A stretch of DNA of 64,000 nt. It comes from a virus (Duplodnaviria; Caudoviricetes). The first letter of the stretch is position 1; every line of letters starts with the position of its first letter. Positions 20,437-30,351 of this stretch are shown here, piece by piece. Where the stretch lies: the IMG/VR virus record IMGVR_UViG_3300042988_001200, one strand, 5' to 3'. Under the pieces are notes generated by a model. That model was given only the letters and a program-made list of their open reading frames with translations. It searched no databases and was not told where the DNA came from. A program made the translations under genes and the position numbers.

Positions 20437-21018
20437 CTAAGGTTTATTACTTAATAATAAACTAATCCTGTCCAACTCTCTATACACTCTATTCATCTTT
20501 AATGACTTAAAAACCTCCTCTAACCTATCTATAAACAAGTACATCTTTAAATCATCCTTCCTTATTGATATATCCTCTTTACTAGATAATGTATAAAAGT
20601 TTTTTATAGTTCTAAATCTAACTGGTAGAAATAGACCTAGTTCTATATAAGAAGAGATTATAGATTTACTAATATTATTCTCACTAAGAAATAGTTCTAT
20701 AGTTATAGTATCTATAGAATTTCTAGGACTTAGATTGGTAGTAGGTAACTCCTTTATAAGTCTAATAGTAGCAACCACCTCTTTAGGGTTAAGTAAAAAA
20801 GATAAATATACAACTACTAATTCCTCTATAGCTGTACAACTATATTTATTAAGGTTAAGATAAAGTTCCCAAGGATATAAAGAAGGAGGTAAATAAGACT
20901 TCTCATATTTTAAATTTATATTTTCATATAGACTCCTTCTATTTATATCTTGACTACTTATATATAAATAGGTGCTATTAATATAATAATTAAAGTAATT
21001 AATAATAAAAAATAACAT
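20437..21018 (-). CDS. hypothetical protein
   Basis: 193-aa ORF. Confidence 0.5.
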   Translation of the reverse strand: MLFFIINYFNYYINSTYLYISSQDINRRSLYENINLKYEKSYLPPSLYPWELYLNLNKYSCTAIEELVVVYLSFLLNPKEVVATIRLIKELPTTNLSPRNSIDTITIELFLSENNISKSIISSYIELGLFLPVRFRTIKNFYTLSSKEDISIRKDDLKMYLFIDRLEEVFKSLKMNRVYRELDRISLLLSNKP

Positions 21019-21265
21019 GAGCTGCTGTGGTAAAAGTAAAGTAACTAGAGTCTATAACCCTAGTAGAAATAATCAATATACTCTAGATTTATCTTCTTAT
21101 AGAACTTATAGTAGTCAAATGAGTAGTCCTTTATGTACTAGATGTCAATCTCCTACTATTCATCAAGGTCCTATAATGTATTCCCCTAATGGTGCTCCTA
21201 GAGTTAATATTCAGTGTACTAATCCTCAATGTGGGGCTATAAGAACTATATATGTAACTACTTAG
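21017..21265 (+). CDS. small Cys-rich zinc-ribbon-like protein
   Basis: MSCCGK, CTRC, CTNPQC. Confidence 0.6.
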   Translation: MSCCGKSKVTRVYNPSRNNQYTLDLSSYRTYSSQMSSPLCTRCQSPTIHQGPIMYSPNGAPRVNIQCTNPQCGAIRTIYVTT

Positions 21266-21731
21266 GAAAATCTATATAATCAAAAGATAAACTCCTTCTA
21301 TAACATTCAACCACTATATTAGTAATATTAATAAGTAATATATAATAGAAACTTTTATAGAAACTTTTATAGAAGGATAACTTTTTTATTCTTAATAGTT
21401 TTTCACTATTTTTATTACTAATTAAATCTTTGTATGTAAGACCTAAAGTCTTTTTTATTACATATTCATTTAGAACTGGCGAATTAATTACTTTCTTTAT
21501 AGTTAATTGCCACTTAGTTGTATTCATATCAGTGGCAAAGACTTTAATTAACTGTAATAGACTATTGTTTATATGCGTTCTATTTATTTGAAAAGAGGAA
21601 TTATAATATTTAACTAAGTCTTTTTTCTTATGAAGATTTTGAATCCATCTAAAGAACATATCCTTTAGTTCAGGTAGTATTCTTAGTTCTATTAATATAT
21701 CTCTTTTTGGTTTAACAATAATAAGATTCAT
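21258..21731 (-). CDS. hypothetical protein
   Basis: 157-aa ORF. Confidence 0.45.
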   Translation of the reverse strand: MNLIIVKPKRDILIELRILPELKDMFFRWIQNLHKKKDLVKYYNSSFQINRTHINNSLLQLIKVFATDMNTTKWQLTIKKVINSPVLNEYVIKKTLGLTYKDLISNKNSEKLLRIKKLSFYKSFYKSFYYILLINITNIVVECYRRSLSFDYIDFPK

Positions 21732-22096
21732 TTTAATTGATTAAATAGATTATGCTTATATTTATCTTTTATAAAAATTTGATATTGGTTTAACCACTTA
21801 TCAGGTTCAATAAGAACATCTTTAGAATCTACTCTAGTATTATGAATAAGGGTAGGCGCTCCATGATTATAAACTAGAATATCTAAGTATGAGATAGATA
21901 AAGATTCCAGATGAGTAATTGGTAACATAGCTTTTAAGGATTCTTCTATATCCTTTTGTCTTATAAAGCCAGTAATCCACCAAGTTTTATCTTTGTATTC
22001 TAATTGTTCTCCTATAGATTTACTATAGTTAAGAAGAAGAAATGATAAAGAATCTTTCTTTATTAAATTAAAAACCATAGAGCATTTAGATTCCAT
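21728..22096 (-). CDS. hypothetical protein
   Basis: 122-aa ORF. Confidence 0.5.
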   Translation of the reverse strand: MESKCSMVFNLIKKDSLSFLLLNYSKSIGEQLEYKDKTWWITGFIRQKDIEESLKAMLPITHLESLSISYLDILVYNHGAPTLIHNTRVDSKDVLIEPDKWLNQYQIFIKDKYKHNLFNQLK

Positions 22097-22304
22097 ATCT
22101 TTTTTTTAGATTATTAATTTCTATATCTTCTGTTGGGTTATTAATAAGAGATTGGAATGCGGGTATAGGAATATTTCCCTTTTCGTAGTATTGACATATA
22201 CTAAGAGCGTTTACTTTACTATTAGTAGAAGTAATCTCATCTCCCCTTATAATATAGAAGATTCCACTGTTATATAATATCTCCGTTCCATATGTTAATC
22301 TCAT
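22086..22304 (-). CDS. hypothetical protein
   Basis: 72-aa ORF. Confidence 0.5.
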   Translation of the reverse strand: MRLTYGTEILYNSGIFYIIRGDEITSTNSKVNALSICQYYEKGNIPIPAFQSLINNPTEDIEINNLKKRYGI

Positions 22305-22639
22305 TATTTTCTTTTTTTATTAGAGTTCTAATTGTAGAAGCTATAGCTAATCTTACTACTAATACATATATATTTGAACCATATAGACAATGGATTGAAA
22401 GACTAGAGAGCTATATAAGTAAGTACACCGGTGATAAATTAACTTACTCTGTAAATTGTCACCTGTGTACTAGCACTCAGATTAGTTTAATAATTAATCT
22501 TACTTATTTATTAGATACTAATCTTTATATATATATAGGTCTATCTATCCTTATGGGTAGAATCTCTTATGTAATTCATAATCTATATGAAGTTTTACCT
22601 AAGTTAAATACTTTTTTATTAATAAAAATGAATAAGTAA
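22292..22639 (+). CDS. DUF1360-like membrane protein
   Basis: NLTTNTYIFEPYRQW...NCHLCTSTQI pattern with hydrophobic segments. Confidence 0.55.
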   Translation: MLISLFSFFIRVLIVEAIANLTTNTYIFEPYRQWIERLESYISKYTGDKLTYSVNCHLCTSTQISLIINLTYLLDTNLYIYIGLSILMGRISYVIHNLYEVLPKLNTFLLIKMNK

Positions 22640-22640
22640 A

Positions 22641-23216
22641 CTAGTATAGAATCTGTTGCTGAATGTTCAAGAATTTAAGGTTTTTGCCATTACCTATAGC
22701 CAAAACATAATCCTCCGGTTTATATTTCTCTATAAAAGATTCACTATTAGGATTATCATATTCGTCCTTTATCCTAGTTAAAGCAGCTTCAAAACTAGTT
22801 TCTGTTCCTAGAAATTTCATCTTAGGACCATAGAATATAGCAACTGGAGCCTCTTTTGTATTTTTATAATTTAATTTCCATTGATGTTTAGCTGGACTAA
22901 TACACCAATTATCCTCATCTGGGTCTATAGGTTGAATATACAGAGTATTATTTTTAAACCAGAAACTTTTTAATCTAATAGCAAAAGTATTAGTTTCTAT
23001 ACACAGTAACTCTTCTAATATTCTCTTCTGAGCTTTATTTAGACTTAAGAAACATCTAGTACCCTCCCATTGTTTACCTTTACCTTCAATATTTATAGCT
23101 CTTAATGTATTTTCTTGACTGGATATATAACATAACTTACTCTCAATAAACTCATCTTCAGCTTTGTAATATTCAAAAAAGAGTCTAACTAATACAATAG
23201 AATAAAAGGATTTCAT
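22641..23216 (-). CDS. hypothetical protein
   Basis: 191-aa ORF. Confidence 0.5.
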   Translation of the reverse strand: MKSFYSIVLVRLFFEYYKAEDEFIESKLCYISSQENTLRAINIEGKGKQWEGTRCFLSLNKAQKRILEELLCIETNTFAIRLKSFWFKNNTLYIQPIDPDEDNWCISPAKHQWKLNYKNTKEAPVAIFYGPKMKFLGTETSFEAALTRIKDEYDNPNSESFIEKYKPEDYVLAIGNGKNLKFLNIQQQILY

Positions 23217-23248
23217 GTTTCTTATCTCTTATAGTTTTTACTAATTTA

Positions 23249-23296
23249 ATAGATTTATTCTTTTCTTAATAAAAATATAGTAAAGAATAAATCTAT
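23249..23296. terminator. 15-bp stem-loop
   Basis: ATAGATTTATTCTTT-18 nt-AAAGAATAAATCTAT. Confidence 0.55.
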
Positions 23297-23301
23297 AATT
23301 T

Positions 23302-23541
23302 TTAATTACAACAAACAGAAAGAATATTAAACACTTGAGTTAATTCAATACTTTTAGTAGACAAAAGGTCTAGATTAATTCTGATAGCACTATCTTTTTT
23401 TAAAGATAAGTTCCCATATTGAGCTAATAACTCTACAAATTTATCCTCTTTAAAGTTATAAGGAGGATTGAACTCTACTTTTAAACTATTGATATCTCTA
23501 TTAACAGCATCTGGATAATTAATTGATATATTAATATTCAT
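23302..23541 (-). CDS. hypothetical protein
   Basis: 79-aa ORF. Confidence 0.45.
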   Translation of the reverse strand: MNINISINYPDAVNRDINSLKVEFNPPYNFKEDKFVELLAQYGNLSLKKDSAIRINLDLLSTKSIELTQVFNILSVCCN

Positions 23542-23542
23542 A

Positions 23543-24040
23543 TTATTTACTTAGATTTAACTCTTCTAATTTAACATTAAATTCTTTATTATAATCACTT
23601 AGGTCTTTACCAGTTTTATATAAAAGGGTAATTCCAATAGCTTTTATAATTTCATTTATTACCTCTTTTGTTATAAAACCTAACTCTTTTTCTATGTCCT
23701 CCTTATATTCTCTATATAAATTTTCTATCTCTTTTTTTAAATCTTCTATTTTCTCAATAGCTTTAACCCTTTTTCTATTCTTTAATAAAGGTACAAGGAT
23801 ATCATTACATAAAGAATAACAAATGATTACATACTCCTCTTTCTCTAATTCCTCTCTTTTATATATCCTCTTTCCTATATCTTTTAATAGTTCTTTATTC
23901 TTTACTAATGGAAACTTAAAGTTTAATTCCTTTTCTATATACTTATAAGTCTCAATAATTTGTAATGTTAAATATACATCATCCTTTATTGAACCTTTAT
24001 AATCTATATCTATCTTGTCATATATAAAACTACTTAACAT
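23543..24040 (-). CDS. hypothetical protein
   Basis: 165-aa ORF. Confidence 0.5.
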   Translation of the reverse strand: MLSSFIYDKIDIDYKGSIKDDVYLTLQIIETYKYIEKELNFKFPLVKNKELLKDIGKRIYKREELEKEEYVIICYSLCNDILVPLLKNRKRVKAIEKIEDLKKEIENLYREYKEDIEKELGFITKEVINEIIKAIGITLLYKTGKDLSDYNKEFNVKLEELNLSK

Positions 24041-24048
24041 AATGTCCG

Positions 24049-24091
24049 TAGGATAGATTCTTATTTATTCTATCATTCAGAATCTATCCTA
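24049..24091. terminator. 13-bp stem-loop downstream of the M23 gene
   Basis: TAGGATAGATTCT-17 nt-AGAATCTATCCTA. Confidence 0.55.
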
Positions 24092-24098
24092 GACACTA

Positions 24099-24755
24099 TC
24101 ATCTTAAAAGTCTCTCTAATAACTCTTTACTAGGAGGTACAAAGATTCTATTGTTGCTTCCTCTTTTTATAGTTATAGAAATATGAGCATGAGGACCTGT
24201 AGTAGCTGTACCTGTATTGCCAGATAAACCTATTAATTCCCCTTTATTGAAACATTTAGAAGCATGGGTTACTCCTATAGTAATAACAGCATCCTCTACT
24301 TTTGTAGATATCCTACAAGTTAAACCCCCTAGTACAGAATTAGAAAAAGAAAAAGACCATTTTACATTAGGAGTTTTAGGTACATAAATAGGGGTTCCTA
24401 TTGGAGTATTTATATCTACCCCTAAATGATTACTAGAAGCTCCAGTAATAGGGCTAACTCTTCTACCAAAAGGGGAAGTTATTATATAACTATTAATCCT
24501 TACCCCTTTTCTAGGACCAACTTTATCTGTGAATAAATCTATAACGCCTTTACTACTAAGAGTTATATCTTTTGAATTAACGCTTTTTTCTTCTTTAATA
24601 ACCTCTTTGCTAGAAGAGAATAATAAAGGTCTAAGACTATATTCTATTTGTTTATTTACACTGTCAAATAACAGATTACTTATAAGTAAAGTAAATAGTA
24701 GATAGAATATTAAATCAGAGGGAGATATTTTTAATAGATTCCATTTCTTTTCCAT
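24099..24755 (-). CDS. M23 family peptidoglycan endopeptidase with N-terminal membrane anchor
   Basis: ITSPFGRR...HLGVD (HxxxD)...SGNTGTATTGPHAH (HxH). Confidence 0.85.
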   Translation of the reverse strand: MEKKWNLLKISPSDLIFYLLFTLLISNLLFDSVNKQIEYSLRPLLFSSSKEVIKEEKSVNSKDITLSSKGVIDLFTDKVGPRKGVRINSYIITSPFGRRVSPITGASSNHLGVDINTPIGTPIYVPKTPNVKWSFSFSNSVLGGLTCRISTKVEDAVITIGVTHASKCFNKGELIGLSGNTGTATTGPHAHISITIKRGSNNRIFVPPSKELLERLLR

Positions 24756-25074
24756 TAGGTTTAGTTACCCCTTCAATAATACCTTTATAAGTCTCCCAGA
24801 TATAAGTATTTCCTTTTATAGAGCAGGGGGACCCTAGAATGGATTCTAATTCTTTAACTTCAATAGATTTCTTATGTCTAATAAAAGAGAACAGATGGTT
24901 AACCTGTTCTAGAGATAAGGTAAGACAAGATGAGGAATCACCTCCCTTATAAAAATAGCTAATAGATTGATTATAGAAAGAGGTAAGAAATCTATAAGAT
25001 AACTTACCCCTACCAGGAACTTGACTATCAGCTATTAATATAAGAATAATAAGAATATAGCTTATAACTCTCAT
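24715..25074 (-). CDS. exported/membrane hypothetical protein
   Basis: N-terminal hydrophobic signal; ESILGSPC motif. Confidence 0.5.
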   Translation of the reverse strand: MRVISYILIILILIADSQVPGRGKLSYRFLTSFYNQSISYFYKGGDSSSCLTLSLEQVNHLFSFIRHKKSIEVKELESILGSPCSIKGNTYIWETYKGIIEGVTKPNGKEMESIKNISL

Positions 25075-25075
25075 A

Positions 25076-25546
25076 TTATCTTTTTTTGTTTACTACTTCT
25101 ATAAATCTTTGTTTTATTATTTCTTGTTCCCTTTTATCTTTACCTACTCCAGACACTTGTCTCATGCCTATTTCTTTAATACCTTCTCTTAATAGTTCTC
25201 CACTATTAGAAGCAGTAGAGAGAGTAGGGGAAGAACTCTCTGGAACAAATCCACCAAATAGAAGGCTTAATCCAAATACTATAGTCATGGGTATAACCCA
25301 TACGTATATAACTATAATTGCACATATATCTTTCCAATTCCTTTTAGGGTTCTTTAAAGTATAAAGAATAAGAAGAATGGATAAATCAAAGGTTAAAGGC
25401 TCTGAAGATTCTTTAACTATCTTTCTAATTTGTTCAATACTGGTATTATTGGAATTACTCATATTACTCCTGTTCTTTTCTTTATTATTATCCTTATTTG
25501 AGCTATTCTCCAATGTCTGTATAGGTGTTATCGTTGGGTTTCCCAT
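25076..25546 (-). CDS. membrane hypothetical protein
   Basis: Hydrophobic segment ICAIIVIYVWVIPMTIVFGLSLLFGG. Confidence 0.5.
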   Translation of the reverse strand: MGNPTITPIQTLENSSNKDNNKEKNRSNMSNSNNTSIEQIRKIVKESSEPLTFDLSILLILYTLKNPKRNWKDICAIIVIYVWVIPMTIVFGLSLLFGGFVPESSSPTLSTASNSGELLREGIKEIGMRQVSGVGKDKREQEIIKQRFIEVVNKKR

Positions 25547-25772
25547 TAGTCTTTAATATAAGAAATAAAGTATAACTAAAGGATAAGAGAATAAGTCCAG
25601 GAGATAATATTCTACTATATGAAGGTGGACCTATTTTTACACTATTAATCTTAAGATTAGATGATACATCTTCTACTATAGGTAAAGGTTTATTAACTGT
25701 ATGTACAACTATAAGAACTAAAATAGCTAATAGAAAATTAAATAAACTACTAATCACTGCTCCACTCTTCAT
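25503..25772 (-). CDS. two-TM small membrane protein (holin candidate)
   Basis: 89 aa with two hydrophobic segments. Confidence 0.4.
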   Translation of the reverse strand: MKSGAVISSLFNFLLAILVLIVVHTVNKPLPIVEDVSSNLKINSVKIGPPSYSRILSPGLILLSFSYTLFLILKTNGKPNDNTYTDIGE

Positions 25773-26319
25773 CGTTTTTTAACTCTGTTAATTTACCTTC
25801 TAAATCTAATCTGTTTAATTCTACATTTAGTTTCTTTGTAGCCTCCAAATGTAATCTAATCTGCTCATTATTTAAATCTAAGCCAGAAGTGGAATTACTT
25901 CCCTTTACTAAAGCTCTAGACTTAAATAATATATTAAATAGACTCTCCTCTTCTTCTGTTTCTTTAGCCTCTTTTATAAGCCCTTCTAAAAATATTGAAT
26001 GACATTGATTAATAGAAAGTTTATAACAAGGACTCTTAGGATTTTTAGAGTTGTTTACAGCTATACTTATCGTACTTTGATATTTCTTAGCTTCTCTAGC
26101 TTTATTAAAATATTCATTCCAAAGATTAAACTGAGTTATAGCTTCTTTTATATTCTTCTTGGAATAGTTTGGATCTATTAACCAATTAGGGTCAAGTATC
26201 TTTGTTTCTTCTGGATAGTAATAAGTTACTTTGTTGAAGGCTCTTATAAAAAGAACAGCACTAATACTATTTATCAATAAAGAAATTACAATGGAAAATA
26301 TGAATAAATTTCTTTTCAT
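25750..26319 (-). CDS. membrane-anchored helical protein
   Basis: N-terminal TM followed by a charged helical region. Confidence 0.5.
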   Translation of the reverse strand: MKRNLFIFSIVISLLINSISAVLFIRAFNKVTYYYPEETKILDPNWLIDPNYSKKNIKEAITQFNLWNEYFNKAREAKKYQSTISIAVNNSKNPKSPCYKLSINQCHSIFLEGLIKEAKETEEEESLFNILFKSRALVKGSNSTSGLDLNNEQIRLHLEATKKLNVELNRLDLEGKLTELKNDEEWSSD

Positions 26320-26340
26320 TTATTTCACTTTATATGAAAC

Positions 26341-27330
26341 TTAAACAAAGTCAATAACACTAATATAAAGACTAGTTTTTAGAATAACTATAGCTCTGTT
26401 ATAAAGTCTCCTTACCTCTTCTATTCCTATATTAAGAGTTTTTGATATAACTCTATAGGATTTATTCTTATTAGTCTCATCTAACCCATAGAATAATTTA
26501 ATAACTTGTTTCATGTTCTCCTCTGGAAGTTTATCTATTAGTTTATCTATACACTCTCTTTTATTTACTTTTTCCATATAATTCTCTGGATTATATAAAT
26601 CATCTTCTGGATGTGGCACTTTAATAATATCTAATAAGAATATATTTTCATGTTCTGTATTATTTCTAGGAGTATTTAATGAGATTATATTTTCATCTCT
26701 TGGTAAACTTTGAATTTCATATAACTTATCTCTAGATAAAATAATGCCTCTTTTTTTACCCTCTTTTATTATCTCCTGTAATAAGGGTTCTCTGTTTAAT
26801 TCTTTTCTTAAATGTATTAATATAGCGTTTATTTGACTATTTAACTTCTTTATATGAACAGGTATTTTTATATTCTTATGTTTATCTATACTATATCTAA
26901 TACTCTGTTTAATCCAAGGAGTAGCATAAGTAGATAGTCTAGTCCCTTTATTAATATCAAACTTTTTTATAGCTTGTATTAACCCTATTACACCTTCTTG
27001 AATTAAATCCTCTATCCCTAATTCACTCTTAAATAAATATCTCTTGGCTATTGATGCTATAAGTCTCTTATTTTTTTCTATTAATTCAACTTTATACTTC
27101 TCCTTCTTCCTTATCTCTAATATACCCATCCTTAAGATTTCTTTATATAAACTAACTTGTTTTATAAGTATATCTAATCTATTATAAATTAGAATAGATT
27201 GATTTATTTCTTTTATAGATAGATAGAATATATTAGTTTTAATAGAAAGGTAGTTATCTATAAGTATTAAACTCTTTATTTCTTTTATATGGTTTAACTC
27301 CTCTTCAGCCGTTAGTAAAAATCTATTCAT
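26341..27330 (-). CDS. RpoD/sigma70-family RNA polymerase sigma factor
   Basis: LLTAEEE; LIASIAKRY; DLIQEGVIGLIQAIKKFDINKGTRLSTYATPWIKQSI; IKIPVH; region 4 HTH. Confidence 0.93.
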   Translation of the reverse strand: MNRFLLTAEEELNHIKEIKSLILIDNYLSIKTNIFYLSIKEINQSILIYNRLDILIKQVSLYKEILRMGILEIRKKEKYKVELIEKNKRLIASIAKRYLFKSELGIEDLIQEGVIGLIQAIKKFDINKGTRLSTYATPWIKQSIRYSIDKHKNIKIPVHIKKLNSQINAILIHLRKELNREPLLQEIIKEGKKRGIILSRDKLYEIQSLPRDENIISLNTPRNNTEHENIFLLDIIKVPHPEDDLYNPENYMEKVNKRECIDKLIDKLPEENMKQVIKLFYGLDETNKNKSYRVISKTLNIGIEEVRRLYNRAIVILKTSLYISVIDFV

Positions 27331-27380
27331 TTATTCATTTATATAGTTTATATTAGTTTTATATCATATGCTTAATTTAT

Positions 27381-27794
27381 ATGCTAAATAAAAAAGTGGT
27401 TACTCTTATTTGTTTTGATAAAGAAGGACAGGTTCTAGATGGTGAGCCTATTAATATAGAGGTCCAATCCTTTAATAAAAAGGAGATAGTAGATAAATCT
27501 AAGGATACTCTAGGAGATATGGGCCTACCTATAGAAAATGTTTATAGTCCATCTTTAACATATTACCAATATGAAACAAAAGAAAAAGCTATGTTAGAAA
27601 GAACAATTATGCCTATTGTTACTAAAGGCCAACCTCTTAAAGAAGGGTATAAATGGACTTTTATTAAAGATATGAGCACTGGTGATAAAGAAACTCTTAT
27701 TAGAGCCTTTGAAGAAGTTTATAAAGCTGGAGGTTTTCCTAATATGCTTAATCCGACTTTATATACAGATAAACTAATGCGTTCTAACTCTTAA
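27381..27794 (+). CDS. hypothetical protein
   Basis: 137-aa ORF upstream of groES. Confidence 0.55.
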   Translation: MLNKKVVTLICFDKEGQVLDGEPINIEVQSFNKKEIVDKSKDTLGDMGLPIENVYSPSLTYYQYETKEKAMLERTIMPIVTKGQPLKEGYKWTFIKDMSTGDKETLIRAFEEVYKAGGFPNMLNPTLYTDKLMRSNS

Positions 27795-27831
27795 TTTGTT
27801 ATAATTTATTACAATTAATATAGAGAATATT

Positions 27832-28155
27832 ATGCTAATAAAAACAAAAGAAGAGTTAGAATCAATGTCCTTAGTAGGAGAGTATATCCTTGTTAAGTTA
27901 AATAAAAAAGAAGGTAAGAGCCAGGGGGGTATATTTCTTCCTGATTCAGTAGTAGATAGAATTCCAATGGAGGAAGGTTTAGTAATCTCTATTGGTCCTG
28001 GATGGTTTAATGCTCAATCTAGTGCTTATGTACCAGTAGTATGTAATCCAGGGGATAATATAATCTTTAGCCCTTATGGTGAATTAAACTTTAAAACTCC
28101 AGAAGAAGAATTATATAAGATTATCCCAGATAAATGTGTAAGAGCTATCCTTTAA
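27832..28155 (+). CDS. groES: co-chaperonin GroES
   Basis: LVGEYILVK...KSQGGIFLPDS...EGLVISIGPG...PGDNIIFSPYG. Confidence 0.92.
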   Translation: MLIKTKEELESMSLVGEYILVKLNKKEGKSQGGIFLPDSVVDRIPMEEGLVISIGPGWFNAQSSAYVPVVCNPGDNIIFSPYGELNFKTPEEELYKIIPDKCVRAIL

Positions 28156-28159
28156 TATT

Positions 28160-29368
28160 ATGATTTATAAGTTAGAGAAGTATAAAGTTATTAAAGTTTT
28201 AGAATCTATATTGGAAATTGTTAGTTTAAACACTAAAGGCTGGAGTATTAGTACAACTCTTAAACCTTTAACTCAAACTTCAACTCTATTAAATTCTATG
28301 GAGGATACCTTTATATCTAAAGATTCAATATATTATTTTATTATTCCTTTACTTTTGGATAATATAAGTAATCTTTATGATAAGTCTAAACTTTATATTT
28401 CTCTACTTATATATCTATATAAGTATAAGGATAGTATTACTAATTGGGAGTTTAATGTAGAGACTTCTAGTAGTTTAAGAAGGTTAAATGGGGGTGATTT
28501 ATATAACTTTATTAATGAAAGTAATGATAAGGATATATATAATCAATACCTTAAGGATATTCCAAGAGATAGTTTTATTCAATTTATAGAGGATAAAGAG
28601 CTTAAAGTTAAGATAATAAAGGGTTCTTATATAAGTGGAGAAACTGGTAATACCAATTTAATGGGAGTCTATGTACTAGTTTCTTATAGTGAACTAAAGG
28701 ACTATAAAGGTCTATACCCTCTATGTGAGTATATAAAGAGTGTTAATAAATGCTTATTAATCATTAGTCCTGGTATTAGTAATGAAGTAAAAGACCTATT
28801 TGATAAGAACTTAAAGGGGGTTTGGACTTATATAAAGAACCAGGAAAACTATGATTTATATAAGGATTATGCTGCTATATGTGGCTCAGTTCTTATAGAT
28901 TTACATAATGAGGTTAGTATTAAACCCTATCATTTAGGTTATATAGAGGAGTTGAGTTGTAAGAGTTCATACTCTATAATTAAACCTTCTAGTAATGGTA
29001 ATATAACTACAATTAATAGATTAAATGATTTAGATAACTCTAATGAGAGTTTAAAAAGGAGAGCTAATATACTAGGACAGCTAGTATTCCTTTATGGAAA
29101 CTCTTCTATTATGGAATATAGAATAGTGAATGACCTTATTTGTCTATTAAATAAGAGTAAATCTAACCTTTATATATTAGATAACGAGGTAGTTATTAAG
29201 GATAAAGATATAGATTGGTGTATTCAAAAAGCCATTAAGTTTTTATCAATAACCAATAAAGAGGCATATAATCTTATAGTTGATAGAGATGAAATGGATA
29301 TTATAGTTAAGAAAGCTATTAGTTTAACTAATATGTTAGATTCTATAGAGTTTGTTATAAAGAAGTAA
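28160..29368 (+). CDS. groEL: highly degenerate, shortened GroEL-like chaperonin
   Basis: Apical-domain similarity (VLVSYSELKDYKGLYPLCEYIKSVNKCLLIISPGI; KDYAAICGSVLI; HLGYIEEL; ESLKRRANIL); follows groES; no GDGTTT. Confidence 0.65.
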   Translation: MIYKLEKYKVIKVLESILEIVSLNTKGWSISTTLKPLTQTSTLLNSMEDTFISKDSIYYFIIPLLLDNISNLYDKSKLYISLLIYLYKYKDSITNWEFNVETSSSLRRLNGGDLYNFINESNDKDIYNQYLKDIPRDSFIQFIEDKELKVKIIKGSYISGETGNTNLMGVYVLVSYSELKDYKGLYPLCEYIKSVNKCLLIISPGISNEVKDLFDKNLKGVWTYIKNQENYDLYKDYAAICGSVLIDLHNEVSIKPYHLGYIEELSCKSSYSIIKPSSNGNITTINRLNDLDNSNESLKRRANILGQLVFLYGNSSIMEYRIVNDLICLLNKSKSNLYILDNEVVIKDKDIDWCIQKAIKFLSITNKEAYNLIVDRDEMDIIVKKAISLTNMLDSIEFVIKK

Positions 29369-29777
29369 ATGTATTATTCTTATAATCTGATACGAAATAA
29401 ATACTTGTTATTGGTATATCCAATAAAGAAACGTTACTAGTATTTCCACATTTAGTAACATTTTCTTTTATAGATAGGAATAAAGACTGTTCTCTAATAT
29501 ATAGATTATCTATAACAAACTCTTGAATAGAGAAAGGAAAGTAACCTATTTTAATATTAAAAGGAGGTGGTAAATAGAATATAGAATATAAAAACTCTTG
29601 TATTGATATATATGAACCTAAATAAGACCCATATATTGTATTTATATAATCACCAATAATTATAGAATTAGGGTCATTCTGTCCTGTAATAAATAATAAA
29701 GAGGGTAATGACATAGCCTCTGAAATAAGAGGTTGACTATTAGATAATCCTAGTTTAATAGAAGAAATTACTGTCAT
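29355..29777 (-). CDS. hypothetical protein
   Basis: 140-aa ORF. Confidence 0.45.
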   Translation of the reverse strand: MTVISSIKLGLSNSQPLISEAMSLPSLLFITGQNDPNSIIIGDYINTIYGSYLGSYISIQEFLYSIFYLPPPFNIKIGYFPFSIQEFVIDNLYIREQSLFLSIKENVTKCGNTSNVSLLDIPITSIYFVSDYKNNTFTSL

Positions 29778-29778
29778 A

Positions 29779-30288
29779 TTAAATTAAAGTAGATAGCCTA
29801 GATAACGATTTAAACCCTATAACCTTTAGTTCATTCCGATAAGTAAGACCAATAAAGCAAACTATTGGGTAATCTGGAGCCCAGAACATATCTAAAGAGT
29901 TACAGAAACTTATTAGTTTAGGGTTATTAGTGCATCTATATACTTTTATTTCATTAAGAGAGTTGTAAGTATTTTTATATATTTTAGTAAGTTTACCTTC
30001 TATAAATGTAGCTAAGTATAGTTTATTCCATTTATAAGGTGGAGCTATAGAGAAAACTTTTTCATCTGGATATTTATTAATGAAATCTAATATCCCAGTA
30101 GTATGGATAATCTCTCCAATATTTATATCTTTAGAGGTTCTAATAAATATATAGTCTCTTATAGAAATGCTATTAACCTTAGATATAAATTTACTAGAAG
30201 ATACGTCTTGAGAATCAAAGTTCCATATTACTGGGTGTAACTTGTCCTTTATGTAATAGTAATAATCAAATATAGATAAAGATTGCAT
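29779..30288 (-). CDS. hypothetical protein
   Basis: 169-aa ORF. Confidence 0.5.
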   Translation of the reverse strand: MQSLSIFDYYYYIKDKLHPVIWNFDSQDVSSSKFISKVNSISIRDYIFIRTSKDINIGEIIHTTGILDFINKYPDEKVFSIAPPYKWNKLYLATFIEGKLTKIYKNTYNSLNEIKVYRCTNNPKLISFCNSLDMFWAPDYPIVCFIGLTYRNELKVIGFKSLSRLSTLI

Positions 30289-30298
30289 ATATATAATA

Positions 30299-30335
30299 AA
30301 TAAACCTTTTTATATTATAAATAAAAAGGTTTATT
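30299..30335. terminator. 15-bp stem-loop
   Basis: AATAAACCTTTTTAT-7 nt-ATAAAAAGGTTTATT. Confidence 0.6.
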
Positions 30336-30351
30336 AGAAGAGATTAAATAT

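Noticed and set aside
21345-21374. 12-bp tandem repeat ATAGAAACTTTT
   Set aside because: About 2.5 copies encoding SFYKSFYKSFY; simple slippage with no sign of function.
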